Shown: positions 1 to 10,400 of the stretch, in pieces
Position numbering within the stretch: the stretch's first letter is position 1
Layout of the letters: every line of letters starts with the position of its first letter
Source of the DNA: Cyanophora paradoxa CCMP329
Lineage: Eukaryota > Plantae > Glaucophyta
Direction: 5' to 3'
Length of the DNA: 64,000 nt
Assembly: GCA_004431415.1 (NCBI GenBank)
Contig: QPMI01000522.1
Span: 1 to 64,000 of the forward strand
Made by a program: the position numbers and the translations under genes
The notes under the pieces: model-generated
What the model saw: the letters and a program-made list of their open reading frames with translations, nothing else
Told to the model about the DNA's origin: nothing
The model's database searches: none

Positions 1-188
1 ATGCAACAGAAGCCGCAATAAAAAAGCGTAGACAGGAACTGGTCTCGATCTGCAAAAAATGACAAGGGATTTAAGGGTAAGGTGTGTTTGATTGGTGAAC
101 CGGACAAATTATTTTCTCGTCCCATATCAAGGAACATATCAAATGGAAACTGAATCTGTGGTCGAATTCGAACTTGCAATGAGCGAAG

Positions 189-371
189 GTGGATCCCAAT
201 GAGAGGAAAAGGTTGTATGACCGCTTGTACTTCCAGAAACGCTATCAAGATGAGGAATTTCGTGAATTATATCGTTAAAAAGGCACTGAACGATATTATC
301 GCAGGAAAGCTGCTGAGATGGATCCCAATAATCCAGTAAAACGCCCAGTTGGTCGTCCCAGGAAATACTGA
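189..371 (+). pseudogene. Small basic protein with C-terminal AT-hook, interrupted
   Basis: Manual translation: VDPNERKRLYDRLYFQKRYQDEEFRELYR*KGTERYYRRKAAEMDPNNPVKRPVGRPRKY. In-frame TAA at 276-278; AT-hook core GRPRK. Confidence 0.55.
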
Positions 372-420
372 ACCGCCCCCAAAGTCCCAGATATCCGCTG
401 AATCCTTTTTGTTACCATGA

Positions 421-939
421 TCAATCGACTTTTCGATGGATCATTACCATATATCGAGCGCCAATCGGAAACCCAAAGGTATTAAAGGTTAGGCGCCAAA
501 AAATGACAAGGATCCGGAGAAATATAATTTCTCCATTAAGTATAAGAAGCCCCCGATTTTCGAAATGAACGCTGCCGCCAAGAAATCCCTGAAACGCCTT
601 GTTGACTGGCTTCGTAAGACGATGTCCTGTCTGAGAATCTGTCGTAATTCCTGTTGATCCTGATACCAAAACCCCTTTTCGCTCATAAAGACGGAGCCTG
701 GAATTGGATAAAATTCGATGAAGCCCTGAAATCCGGTAAGTATACTGCTTGGGGCATTCTCGCTCGTATATATCATGGTAATTGACTTCGACCAAGAGAG
801 GATTTCGCCAAATTCGAGGAGCAATTCCTGATGATTTCGGTGGTGTTAATCCACTTGCTAAAACAAAAAGGATATCATGCTTATTTCGCTCGACCTGCTG
901 AATTTCGACACCATTAAGATCTGGATAAAGCAGGTGCAT
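421..939 (-). CDS. Hypothetical viral protein, probably frameshifted
   Basis: Overlapping minus-strand ORFs 421-939 and 489-824; no motif recognised. Confidence 0.3.
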   Translation of the reverse strand: MHLLYPDLNGVEIQQVERNKHDILFVLASGLTPPKSSGIAPRIWRNPLLVEVNYHDIYERECPKQYTYRISGLHRILSNSRLRLYERKGVLVSGSTGITTDSQTGHRLTKPVNKAFQGFLGGSVHFENRGLLILNGEIIFLRILVIFWRLTFNTFGFPIGARYMVMIHRKVD

Positions 940-1001
940 TCAAAGGAAACCCCAAGATCGACTGCAAAACGATTGCATCCACTGGACTGCTGGGGTAATT
1001 A

Positions 1002-2923
1002 ATGTTTGTCCAGTCCCAAAACATGGATCAGAGAGCATGGGCATCTGAGTGTGAGTTAAATGAACCCACTGCTGAGTTGCAAAAGTGGATTGTTGAAAAC
1101 TACGAATTCCCAAAGGTGCACATTCTTATTATGCAAGGTGCGCTGAGGAGAATTTGCAGAAACATATTCTTTCTAAACTCGAAGAATTCGGTTTCATCTT
1201 GCCACAATCATCAATGAGACCAAGATGGGATACAATTTCACTGCTGAGAACAAAGGTCTGGTCTGTCCCTGCTGCAAGGGAAGCCATGACTCGAACAATT
1301 GGTATATTGTTCAAGGGAAGGAGAAGACAAATATATTGTTTCGAGTTACAGTGCAAACTGCAAGAAGCGACTTATCACAATTCGTGTGAAGGAAGAGACA
1401 GATGCGAATATCGAAAATCTGATTGATCGGTCTGCTGGATCTGATGGTGCCCATTATGATGTTGCACAGGTTGCCTATCTTGTTCTGCAAGACAAATACA
1501 AGTATTCCAACAAGACTGGTTCAGTTCATGATGTATGTGGGATTTGGAGATGGATGAACTGGGAAGCGAATCTTTCTCTGTTTGAGCTGCAAGGTCTGTC
1601 AGTTTATCTTCACGTTCTGTTCAACTTGCACAGAGAGCTCTTCGTGATGAAGAGAACCGCAATTCCTTGGAGGAAAGGTCAAGATTCTGCTGGGAATTGC
1701 TAAGAGCCTCAAACAGACTACATACAGAACTGCACTTATGTCTGATCTTTCAGTTCTGTTCAGTGACAAGACCTTTTTCGAGAGACTTGATACTGTTCCC
1801 AACATCATTGGGTTCACAAATGGTGTATTTGACTTGAACTCCATGACTTTTCGACAGGGACTCCATATGATATGGTGAGTAAGACTGTTGGCTACGATTA
1901 CACCACAGAAATTGACCAAGAGAAGGTTGCAAGATTAAATCCATCTATGCAGATATTATTGAATCGGATACAGACCGCGAATTCATGCTGGGATTAATCG
2001 CCTATGCCCTGAGTGGTTTGACAGAAATCAGAGATACACTTGCTGGACTGGAATTGGAGCAATGGGAAATCACTGTTCAAGAGGGTGAAAGACACTTTGG
2101 TGAGTATTATGGGTCACTGGACATGACATATTGGACTAACCCAAGAAGAGTTCGTCAGAGGCTCCCAGAACTCGCTTGCATTCTTGGTAAACGAATTGTT
2201 TTCAGTAATGAAGCAGAAGATGGTGATATGCTTCAACTGAACAAATCAAACAGGTTACTGGTGGGAATGAGATGAAGGTTCGAGCTCTTTTCAAGATCTT
2301 GTTACATTCATTCCCATGTTCCAGTTGTTCTTGTCCACAAATGACAACCTGGGAATCAGTAAACCAGATGCAGCAATCCAAAGGCGAATTATCTACTATC
2401 GATTCGAAATGTCTTCAAGGTCGATCCTCAGCCTGGTGAGAAGAAAGCAGACACCACTCTAATGCGCCTAATGAAGAATGATGACGATTATAAAATGGCG
2501 CATATGTCCATTCTCCTGGAAATGTGGAGAACCCATTCTCTCAATGAATTCGTCACCAAACCACCCCAGTCCATTGTTGATCAAGGTGTTGAATATTTCA
2601 ATGAGAATGACAAGATTGGAGAATGGATTCGTGAGAGTTATGAACTCACCAAGAGTCAAGGGGATTTCGCCACAAGTGAGTCCATTATCAGTCACTTTAA
2701 GATGGATCACATGGGCAAATCTGATGAGAAAATCACAGAATGCACTATCTTGAAGAGACTTCGCGAAGTCTTTAATGTGAAGGCTGAGAGAAAGCGAGTC
2801 AATGGTGTTTTTGCTCGTGGCTACTTTGGGATCAAAAAGAAGCATAGTCGCAAGTTGGTGGATGACAGTGATGTTGAAGGTGGGATGAGTAAACAAAACA
2901 GAATCGATTCTAATACTGATTGA
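1002..2923 (+). CDS. D5-like superfamily 3 helicase, multiply frameshifted as assembled
   Basis: Fragments across frames: CPCCKGSHDSNNWY Zn-like motif (~1260-1305), D5_N-type IGFTNGVFDLNSMTFRQG (~1805-1860), Walker A WTGIGA/NGKS (~2044-2075), LGKRIVFSNE (Walker B), VTGGNEMKVRALF, DAAIQRRI, and a C-terminal wHTH-like RGYFGIK. Confidence 0.88.
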
Positions 2924-2942
2924 ATTTCTTATTTTTTAAAAA

Positions 2943-3103
2943 CCTTACTGTAAATGGTTTGTGTGACAGCTGTGACACCTTTTTAATTGAGTGTGACGCC
3001 TGTGACGCCTGTGACGCCTACTTTCAAACTTTTTAAAATTTCAAAAATCTACAAACCTCTGAAAACAGGTGTCACAGGCGTCACAGGCGTCACACCCAAT
3101 TAA
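2943..3103. promoter_or_regulatory. Putative iteron-type replication origin, copy 1
   Basis: TGTGAC at 2962, 2971, 2992, 3001 and 3010, and inverted GTCACA at 3071, 3080 and 3089 (9-bp period), flanking an AT-rich core. Lies immediately after the helicase stop. Confidence 0.65.
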
Positions 3104-3246
3104 CCACAGACTCCCCCCTGTGGGTCGATCACTTTCGCGAATAATAATTGGACAATATAAAAACGTATCGAAAATCGGTGTGTTGTGACAAAAATTGACT
3201 GGCGATTTTAGGGATCGTTGCGTATTTCACTTGACTAAGACAGAAA

Positions 3247-6200
3247 ATGGATTATTTTGATGAAATTCGGCAGCAGCTTGTCGAAAAGAATGATATTGCA
3301 GAGGTGGCGGATTATATTGCAAAGATCAGAGCAGGTTATGGTAGAACCTATCAAAAGAAGCGTGTCTATGCAAGCAGACTCGACACAGTGAATGTATATG
3401 TCCCCAAAGGCACGAATGTGCGAATTATCAGAACCTGAAAAATGCGAAATGCGTTTAAAACGCCCAAAAATAATATGTTCCCTTAAAGTAAAAGATGCCC
3501 CGCAATCAAATAGAATCATCAAAGAAAAGAAAAACGAAATACTCGGTCTTTTAGGAACCTTTTAGTTACTGGTGATATTACAGAATTCGAATATGATCGC
3601 CAGGCAGCAATCCTGGATAGGAGACCAAGATTATCTCAACTCACAGAAATTACAAATCGCCTCTATGATCGTTTTGAGAAGATGGAGGAATTCAGGGATG
3701 AAGGTTAAGGTGGGAACAATTGAACCCGAGATTGAAGATGGGAAGCAATGAACAAAGCATACTCTTGGTTAACCTATCGAGCAAGAGGGGAGGTTATCCA
3801 AGATGGGATTGAATTCTTGGAGAGAATTGCACCCACTCTACCTCAGAGACTCAGACAGAAACTCCAAGACTGAGAGCAATTAAGACTCGGTTGACCTTCA
3901 TTTGTAAATTCACCAAAGTGAGTGATCCAAGGGTGTGGATCACCAAATTCATTTACAGTGATTACTTTGTCATCACAAGATCACGAAATATTGATGTTGA
4001 ACTGCGAAATGCCCTTCAATCTATGCAGGAACAGATGATGCAGGTTGACAGTTACAGACTGGATCGCATTGAGATGCTGAGAGTGGTAATTATGTCTTAT
4101 GCTCCTGTGGGTGGTTGCTTCTTCTCAACACCTGAGTGGATTGGATCAAGAGAGCAACTGTGAATGTCAAGAATATTGATGGTCAAGACTGCTTCAAGTA
4201 TGCAATCTTGGCTTACCTGCACCGAAATGATATTAATAAACACAAGAGCAATGAACCCAGCCAGTATAGAAGATGGTTAAACGAACTCAATTTCGAAGGC
4301 ATCCAGTTTCCAGTTGCCTGTGATGCAGAGGTGATTGATCGATTTGAGGAGCAGAACCCTGAACTCTCAATCAACATTTATGGTGCAGATAATCAAGCAC
4401 AGTGCTTCTATCCTCTTCACCAATCCAGCAACCCAGGAGAAGACCAAGATTAACCTTTTATTAATCGAAAACGAAGAGGATGATAGAGGGCATTATATCA
4501 CCATCATGTCTCTGAGTAGACTTCTGAAAACCACCTTTGATAAGCCCATGATGGTCGCATTTATTACTGTGAGACCTGTCTGTCTCGTTTCAGAACTCAG
4601 GAGAAGCTGGATGTACATATAGAAGCGAATCGCTGCATTGATTGGAGGGAGAGCAAAGGTAAATGCCCGAAATCTGGAAGTCACATTGCATTTGGGCTTC
4701 AACACCTTCGCAAAACTGTGTGGCTTCCCACTATCTGCTATGTGAAAATGGACAGTCACTCGGTTCCAATTGATGAGAACCGCAGTAAAAGAGAGGTCAA
4801 ATCGGTTTCTTTAACAGTTGTGATGGGGGATGAGGTGATCTCTCATTATTTCGAGGGATCAGATCCACTTGGTGCTCTGTTTACCACTCTCACAGAGATC
4901 AGACCCCAAGTAATTCGCACTCTATTCACCAACATACCCATGCACCCACTCACAGAAGAGCAGAAAGCACAATACAAGATCACTAAACACTGTTATATCT
5001 GTGCTGAACGATTTACCCATGAGAACTTCCCAGTGAGAGACCATTGTCATCAAACAGGCGCTTTTATTGGGAAAGCATGTCGAAACTGCAACCTCCACAG
5101 GAGAATCTCAAAGCAAACGAAAGTAGCAATTGTGGTGGATCACATGGATGAATGTGGACACGAAATATTCCGCAAATTGCACAGCAAGATGATAAACTTC
5201 GTGTTGAGATCCTGAGCAAGAATTTCGATCAATACCTGTCCCTGCAATGGGGCATGTGGAAATTCATAGATGCTTCGCATTTCATGGACTTCCAGGCAGT
5301 GGATTCTGGTGATCTTATGAGTAAATTCCAGACATTCCGAGAACTGGCGTTTACCCAATATGGATTGGATCCTGCCCATTATGTGAGCGCTCCTGGATTA
5401 TCCTGGGATGCAATGCTCATTTATACCAGAGCAAAGATCGAGCAGATCAGTGATGTAGGGCAATACGAATTCATTGAGAGAGCAATTCGAGGTGGGTTTG
5501 CTACAATGCCTACTCGATATGCAAAGGTGGAAAACCCAGATGACCATATAGTTCTCTTGGATGCAAATAATCTGTATGGTTTTGCTCTCAGTCAAGAACT
5601 GCCCATTGGCGATTTTCGGTGGAAGATGTCACAGAGGCACTTAAAGAGACCCCAGGGCGAAGTGCCTTTATTGAAGTAGACCTGGAATACCCACAAACTC
5701 TCACAGATCATTACGATTTTCCACTTGTAGTCAATAAAGAGCAAATCACCACCGAAATGCTGGGTGAGTATCAACGAAAACTACTGGATATCACAGGTGA
5801 GAAGTTAAGCAAAGACCCCAAACTCACAGCAACATTCTCACCCAAAGCAACTATGTGATCTCCCAACCTCTCTTGATCTATCTTGTGAGCAAAGGTATTA
5901 TAATTAAGAAGGTTCACAGGGTTCTCTCATTTGCAACCTCTGCATTCATGAAGAGTTATATTGATCTAAATACGAAACTGAGGCGCCAATCTATGTCCAG
6001 ATTCGAGAGTGACTTCTTTAAATTAATGAACAATGCAATCTATGGTAAATGCCTCGAATCATGCAGGGGTCGCTCTGTGGTAAAGATTGCTAACAGTGAG
6101 AAACTCTGCAAGAAATATGCTGCAAGTCCATTGATCAAGGCAACCAATGTATTAAACGAAAATGCTGTTGCCTTGAGATGTACTCAAAGCATGTTCACTT

Positions 6201-6761
6201 AGATAAACCTGTTGCAATTGGGGCTTTTGTGCTGGATTTCGCGAAACTCCATAACAGCAGGTTCTTTTATGATGTGGTGAGGAGAACTTGGGAAACAGCA
6301 GAGCTACTATTCCATGATACAGATTCTTTCTGTCTAATGCTTCATACCAATGATCTTAATAATGAGATGAAGCGAATTTCTGAGCACCTGGATTGCAGTA
6401 ATTATGATCCAGCCACCCTCTCTTTGATAGGAGCAATCGCTTGATTCCAGGTAAATATAAAAACGAGTTTCCCAATGCAAAGATTGTGGAGTATGTAGGT
6501 CTGAGATCGAAACTCTATGCTTTCAGAACTGAGACCTTTGATAAAATAAAGATGTCTGGGACTTCCTCCAAAGAGGTTCACTTTGATGATTTCAAGAGAT
6601 GCTTGTTTGAAGGCATCACCAAAACAGTAGCAGTAGTAAACAAGCGAAGACAAGACCACAACCTATATGATTTGGAGAGCAGAAGGGTGGCTCTAAACCA
6701 ACTCGATAGCAAAAGGAAGATATTAGACGATGGAATTCACAGCATTCCATTTGGGCTCTAA
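3247..6761 (+). CDS. polB: Protein-primed family B DNA polymerase (Polinton type, with endonuclease VII-like Zn domain), multiply frameshifted as assembled
   Basis: NVKNIDGQDCFKYAILA, LNFEGIQFPV, INLLLI...GHY, CYIC...VRDHCHQTGAFIGKACRNCNL, YGLDPAHYVSAPGLSWDAML, motif A DANNLYG, motif B KLMNNAIYGK, motif C HDTDS, GLRSKLYAF, DSKRKILDDGIHSIPFG. Confidence 0.93.
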
Positions 6762-6944
6762 TCTACTTCATTAATCTTTCTTTTTCTTTGGTTTCGCTCT
6801 CCAAGAAGTAATAAACCGCGAATTAAATGCAGCAGCCAAATACATCTTAATCCAGGGTCATTGGGCTCGATTGCAAAATAGTTTGGAATTGTGTTCTCTT
6901 TCCACACAGACTCTTGCATTTATTATATGAGAGATAAGGTAAAG

Positions 6945-8344
6945 ATGCCTTCTACACAAATAGGATTGAGACAACCACCAAGAATTGTGAGAAAAGAGGC
7001 AATTGAAGATCGAGGGAATATCCTACCTATCACAGTTCCAGTGGAGGAGAAGAGCAGTCGAATATTAAAAAGATCAGAGATGGTCAAGCAATTAATCCCA
7101 GAGACCCTCCCAGCTGAGACAGCACCAAAAGAGTCGAAGATTGCTAAGAAGTTCTATGATCCCAGGACAGGCTACAAGGGATTTACTGCAATGAGACAGG
7201 AACTACCAGAAGAGAACTACAAGAAGATGAGAGAATGGTATGATAAACAGGAGGTTGTCCAAATTAATGCACCCACTCTATCTCGAAAGAGAGATCCCAT
7301 GATTCCAATTAGGCAACCCCTTGATACATATGTGATTGATCTGCTCTTCTTTCCTGCATACAAAAGCAGAATGATGGTTATGATACATTTATGAGTGCAA
7401 TGGAATCAACCCTAAGAACTGGGTTCATAATTCCAATGAGAGACAAGAGTGCTCTAACTACACTTGCAGCATTCAAGCAACTTGAACAGAGAGTCCCCAG
7501 ACCGATTGTTCGCATTCAGAGTGACAGTGGAAGCGAATTTACCAATGTGTTGTTCACAGATTATTTGGGAACGAAATTCATTGAGCATCAACTAAGTGAT
7601 GTTGCAGATCACAGAACCCAAGGTCGGATTGAAGCCTTTAACAGACAGATCAAGAGATTAATCACAAATTACTGCATTGCAAATAATACTGCACGATTTT
7701 TTGATGTGTTGGGTGATATTGAGTATAATTATAATAATACCATTCACTCTGCAACCAAGAGGAAACCAGCAGAGACCACAGAAGCCCACTACAAAGAGAT
7801 TGTGAATATGGAGGATCAGAGATTCAAGAAATCAATTGAGTATCTTGATGCTCTGAAACCTGGTATGTTTGTGAGAGTGAAAGTTGAAAAGAATCCATTT
7901 GCAAAGCAGGGTGTTAATTGGTCTCGAATTGTTTATAGTGTGGAGGGCAGAGAGGGCTTCAAGTTCAGAATCAGAAGTCCAAGTGGTGAGATAGTTGATG
8001 GTAGATTCGCTTTTCATGAACTGCTGCCCATTAAAGGTGTTGAGTATCATGAAACTCCCACAGTGGATGCCCTTGAACAGGCAAAAGAAGAAGCCAGGGT
8101 TGATTCAGCAATCAGAAAGGAGGGCATAGAAAAAGCAAGTGAAGTACCAAAAGAGCCCCTCACAGAAGCAAGAGCACAAAAGAAGGGTAGAGTAGAGAAA
8201 GAATTAAAGAAGTTGACCATAGCAGGAACCCAGAAATTATCAGAAGTCAACAGTCAGAGGTGGTATAATGACTTTTCAACCACCAAGGAAACATATACTG
8301 CACCCCAAACTCGATTTAATTTACGAAGTGGTCAAAGGAAATAG
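6945..8344 (+). CDS. rve (DDE) integrase 1, one frameshift near 7365
   Basis: YDPRTGYKG, YVIDLLF (D), IQSDSGSEF (D), QGRIEAFNRQIK (E), YNNTIHSATKRKP, SH3-like GMFVRV...F.K...NWS, tail RFNLRS. Confidence 0.93.
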
Positions 8345-8345
8345 A

Positions 8346-8624
8346 TCAGCAGCGCTTCCTAAATCTCTTAGACCTCTGACGAATTTTCCTCATTTGTCTA
8401 TCTTTTTCAATAATTTCCAAGAAGAAAGTTTCAAGGTTTGAGACCAGTTGGTAATTATAAACAAAGAACAGTCTCACATGCTCTGGCTGTGACATGAAGA
8501 AATTGAAGTAGAAAGCAGTCTTGAAATCATGGATCCAGTCTGACTGGGCAGCATGGATGATTGCAGGGTCTTGGTAGATGGGATCCATAGCAGAAGTTGA
8601 GGGAATCCAGAAAATCCTTGTCAA
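8346..8624 (-). CDS. Hypothetical small viral protein with basic C-terminus
   Basis: ORF converging on the integrase stop; probable ATG at 8588 (MDPIYQDP...). Confidence 0.45.
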   Translation of the reverse strand: MTRIFWIPSTSAMDPIYQDPAIIHAAQSDWIHDFKTAFYFNFFMSQPEHVRLFFVYNYQLVSNLETFFLEIIEKDRQMRKIRQRSKRFRKRC

Positions 8625-8809
8625 TTTTTTATTTTGTAAGTGATTGATCTCGACGAAACCTGATTGGCGCTATCGTGACGATTCCGAATCTGTTTTCAGA
8701 TTTAAAAACGGAGCACTTGGTAATAAAATACAGTAGCTACTGTAAAAATCGCCATAATGTGGGCGAAGATACAGAAGCCACTGTATCATACATCAGGACT
8801 TCTGAAATA

Positions 8810-10351
8810 TTATACACTTCGAATAAATGCACCTGTCACATCAACTCTCATAGTTGGGGTGTTGATGTATACAAGTGGATAAATTCGAATATACCTTGTC
8901 CTCAGAGGGTAGCCAATATAGAAAACGTCTTTAATAGAGGTGGGATACCCAGAACTGTATGAGACATCACCACTGTTGTGGGCATTATTGATAGTTTCAC
9001 ACATGAACACTCTATTGACACCTTCATACTTGATAAATGACCAAGAAATCCCATCTTGTGATGTTGCAACATTGAAGGTCTTAATAAAAGCGTTTGTTAC
9101 ACCAGAACCATATGCTATAATAGATGCAACCTCAAATATGTATGGGAAGGTTACTTGGAGATACTCAGTGGGGACACTCCATATCCCATCAGGAGCAGAT
9201 GCATTTGCTTCCCAACCTGTCAAGGAAGGTCTTGATTTAAATGCCTCCCTTCCAATTTTTGATGATGAAGCAGTGAATGCACCATCTGATAGAAGATACC
9301 AGTTAGCATCAATTGGAGGTATGCTATTCAGAGTGGATGATATATAGAACCTTGCAGGGTTCTTGATTTCGTAATTTGCAACCAGTAAATCACAGAGTCT
9401 ATCAATCATCACAGTGTTTGCTGCTATGTACATTTCGGTTGCATCTATCATATCTGGGATCTTAGAGGTATCATCCAGAGAGTTTACTATGGTCTTTGGA
9501 AGTGGGACAGAGAGTCTATAATATCTTGCATATCCTTGATCATCATTGTATGGGAGAAACTCTTGCATCTTTTCCAGAGCAGAGAGTTCACTTGCAGCCA
9601 TCAACATATTGATTAATGGACTTCCAGAGGTGGAAGCAATCCATGAGAGAATACCCCAGCTGTTCACATCTTCATAAGAGTAACCCACATTTGGAGCATC
9701 TGTTTCATTGACTTCACCACAGGATATACTTATCACTATAATATCATCATCATCATCATAGATCTTCTTAGCATGACTGTAACCACAGACACTGGGATTG
9801 TTGTTACCTGAGATTGCACCATCAATTAGAGACATCCCATCATAGTTCACAGGTGAGAAATATGCTGGAGCAGCAGAGGTGGATCTTGCAGCAATCTTGC
9901 TGGGGATGGATTTGTAGGAGTTATCATTGGTGATAAAAATGGGCTTCATACTCACAGTGTCAAAACTTGTGATCACTACATCTTTGAGAGAGTCTTGAAT
10001 GAGAGACTCACCAGTAACAGTGAGAATGGCTGTCTCCAATGGGGTCACATCATACTTGGTGTTGAAGAGTGCATTATCAATAATATTTCGGGGATTTGCA
10101 AAGATTAAAGGCAGTTGATTGAGATAAGTGGAATGCAAATCGGTTGCTGTGAGTTTAGGTTCGTTTGGAAATTCGGGATTTTTCACATTGAGACCAATCG
10201 CAATTATCCCACCAGTGGATGTTCCACTCACCAGATCAACAAGGTCAATTACTCTTTTTCCTGTTCGAGTTTCGATTTCTTTAAGCAATCTCGTAATAAT
10301 TATACCACGAGCTCCCCCACCTGAAAGACTGAGAATTACACGAAGGGGCAT
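8810..10351 (-). CDS. Patatin-like phospholipase fused to a C-terminal F5/8 type C (discoidin) domain
   Basis: Intact 513-aa ORF with SGGGARG, GTSTG nucleophile elbow, SAAPAYF and IDGA. C-terminal FTASSS...W...EYLQVTF...FNVATSQDGISW...PLRTRYIRIYP...MRVDV is the discoidin pattern. Confidence 0.92.
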   Translation of the reverse strand: MPLRVILSLSGGGARGIIITRLLKEIETRTGKRVIDLVDLVSGTSTGGIIAIGLNVKNPEFPNEPKLTATDLHSTYLNQLPLIFANPRNIIDNALFNTKYDVTPLETAILTVTGESLIQDSLKDVVITSFDTVSMKPIFITNDNSYKSIPSKIAARSTSAAPAYFSPVNYDGMSLIDGAISGNNNPSVCGYSHAKKIYDDDDDIIVISISCGEVNETDAPNVGYSYEDVNSWGILSWIASTSGSPLINMLMAASELSALEKMQEFLPYNDDQGYARYYRLSVPLPKTIVNSLDDTSKIPDMIDATEMYIAANTVMIDRLCDLLVANYEIKNPARFYISSTLNSIPPIDANWYLLSDGAFTASSSKIGREAFKSRPSLTGWEANASAPDGIWSVPTEYLQVTFPYIFEVASIIAYGSGVTNAFIKTFNVATSQDGISWSFIKYEGVNRVFMCETINNAHNSGDVSYSSGYPTSIKDVFYIGYPLRTRYIRIYPLVYINTPTMRVDVTGAFIRSV

Positions 10352-10400
10352 CTTTACTTAACTCAAATTTAATAAATCTCTATAAGTAGAGTAAACAGGG

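Noticed and set aside
8675-10361. Plus-strand ORFs overlapping the patatin gene
   Set aside because: Antisense shadows of a well-supported gene, with no motifs.
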